From a bacterium (GTDB lineage: Bacteria > 4484-113 > JAFGCY01), in the NCBI GenBank assembly GCA_020440645.1, contig JAGRNR010000009.1, positions 5,092-69,091 of the forward strand: 64,000 bases of DNA, read 5' to 3'. Every line of letters begins with the position of its first letter. The stretch's first letter is position 1. A program made the translations under genes and the position numbers. Below the pieces are notes generated by a model. It did no database searches. It saw only the letters and a list, made by a program, of their open reading frames with translations, and was not told where the DNA came from. Shown piece after piece: positions 63,621 through 64,000 of the stretch.

Positions 63621-63673
63621 AGCGCGATTGTAACTCAGCGCCGACGGGCTTTCGGTTTTCGGTCAGTTTTTGC

Positions 63674-64000
63674 CTAGTTGTCGATCACCTTGCGTACATG
63701 CTCGACCCAGTACTTGGTGGGCAGGATGTCGCCGGTGTCCTCCAGGGCATACAGGTCAATCTTCAGCAGGTCGCCGGCGAGGATGTCATCCGGGTTGAGC
63801 TTGCCTTCGGTGTCATTGATCTTGTCCCGGAACTCAAAGGGCGTGAACTCGGTGAAGTAGACCACCACGTCATTGGGCAGCGGCTTCTCGGTCTCACCGA
63901 CTTCCACAATCGCATTCGTGAGGAAGATCAGGCCGTTTTGGCTGTCGAAACCGGTCACCGTACCCTCGATCTCGATCTCGGGGCGGCTTTCGTAGGCATC
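63674..64000 (-). CDS. Hypothetical protein, partial (N-terminus beyond window end)
   Basis: Minus-strand frame is open from 64000 down to the stop at 63674 (…DAYESRPEIEIEGTVTGFDSQNGLIFLTNAIVEVGETEKPLPNDVVVYFTEF…KYWVEHVRKVIDN). The ORF-track entry begins at an internal GTG. Confidence 0.4.
   Translation of the reverse strand, partial: DAYESRPEIEIEGTVTGFDSQNGLIFLTNAIVEVGETEKPLPNDVVVYFTEFTPFEFRDKINDTEGKLNPDDILAGDLLKIDLYALEDTGDILPTKYWVEHVRKVIDN

Noticed and set aside
1-64000. CRISPR arrays, tRNA/rRNA genes, IS elements/transposases, integrases, prophage genes
   Set aside because: I scanned intergenic regions (e.g. 3923-4170, 18112-18342, 20776-21024, 38435-38656, 41251-41741, 45554-45675, 47791-47903, 49998-50091, 52915-53103). 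I found no regularly spaced direct repeats, no tRNA-like T-arm/acceptor signatures and no transposase- or integrase-like ORFs.

Overview
A 64 kb, high-GC (about 62-65%) bacterial chromosomal segment. Many proteins carry Gram-negative-type lipoprotein signal peptides (Cys just after the signal). I support about 50 protein-coding genes and found no rRNA, tRNA, CRISPR array, transposase or integrase. The window begins with a secreted S15-family peptidase (partial) and an ankyrin-repeat lipoprotein, followed by two tandem FtsX-type ABC permeases, an MscS-type channel and deoC. Next is a minus-strand exopolysaccharide operon: a PgaC-like GT2 synthase, a CE4 deacetylase, a glycoside hydrolase, a TPR-esterase, a HEAT-repeat membrane protein and a response regulator, with a large divergent glycoside hydrolase. 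Then come a motA-motB-fliL stator cluster, an NHL-repeat lipoprotein, a PP2C phosphatase and plsY. The most interesting feature is a complex I-derived membrane complex split into two minus-strand operons: nuoC-D-H-x-x-J-K-L-M at 28055..38434 and nuoA-B plus a Cys-rich gene at 41742..43400. Its NuoB homologue has lost all four cysteines that bind cluster N2. Its NuoD homologue appears to lack the quinone-site His and Tyr and has no NiFe cysteines. NuoE, F, G, I and N are absent from the window. NuoH and NuoJ carry insertions or extensions of about 165 aa, and two novel membrane proteins occupy the NuoI position. This resembles the bioinformatically described 'Ehr' (energy-converting hydrogenase-related) complexes and looks like a redox-cofactor-less, complex-I-like energy-converting machine of unknown function. 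A sensor-kinase island is inserted between nuoB and nuoC. Downstream lie four tandem paralogous lipoproteins sharing an N-terminal domain followed by PKD repeats and a PPC domain (one has a premature stop), then a 1.2 kDa-scale giant S8 subtilase, a beta-propeller sensor-domain protein, a second ankyrin lipoprotein and an M28/PDZ peptidase. The six-frame track contains many long antisense or alternative-frame ORFs typical of high-GC DNA, and I rejected these.
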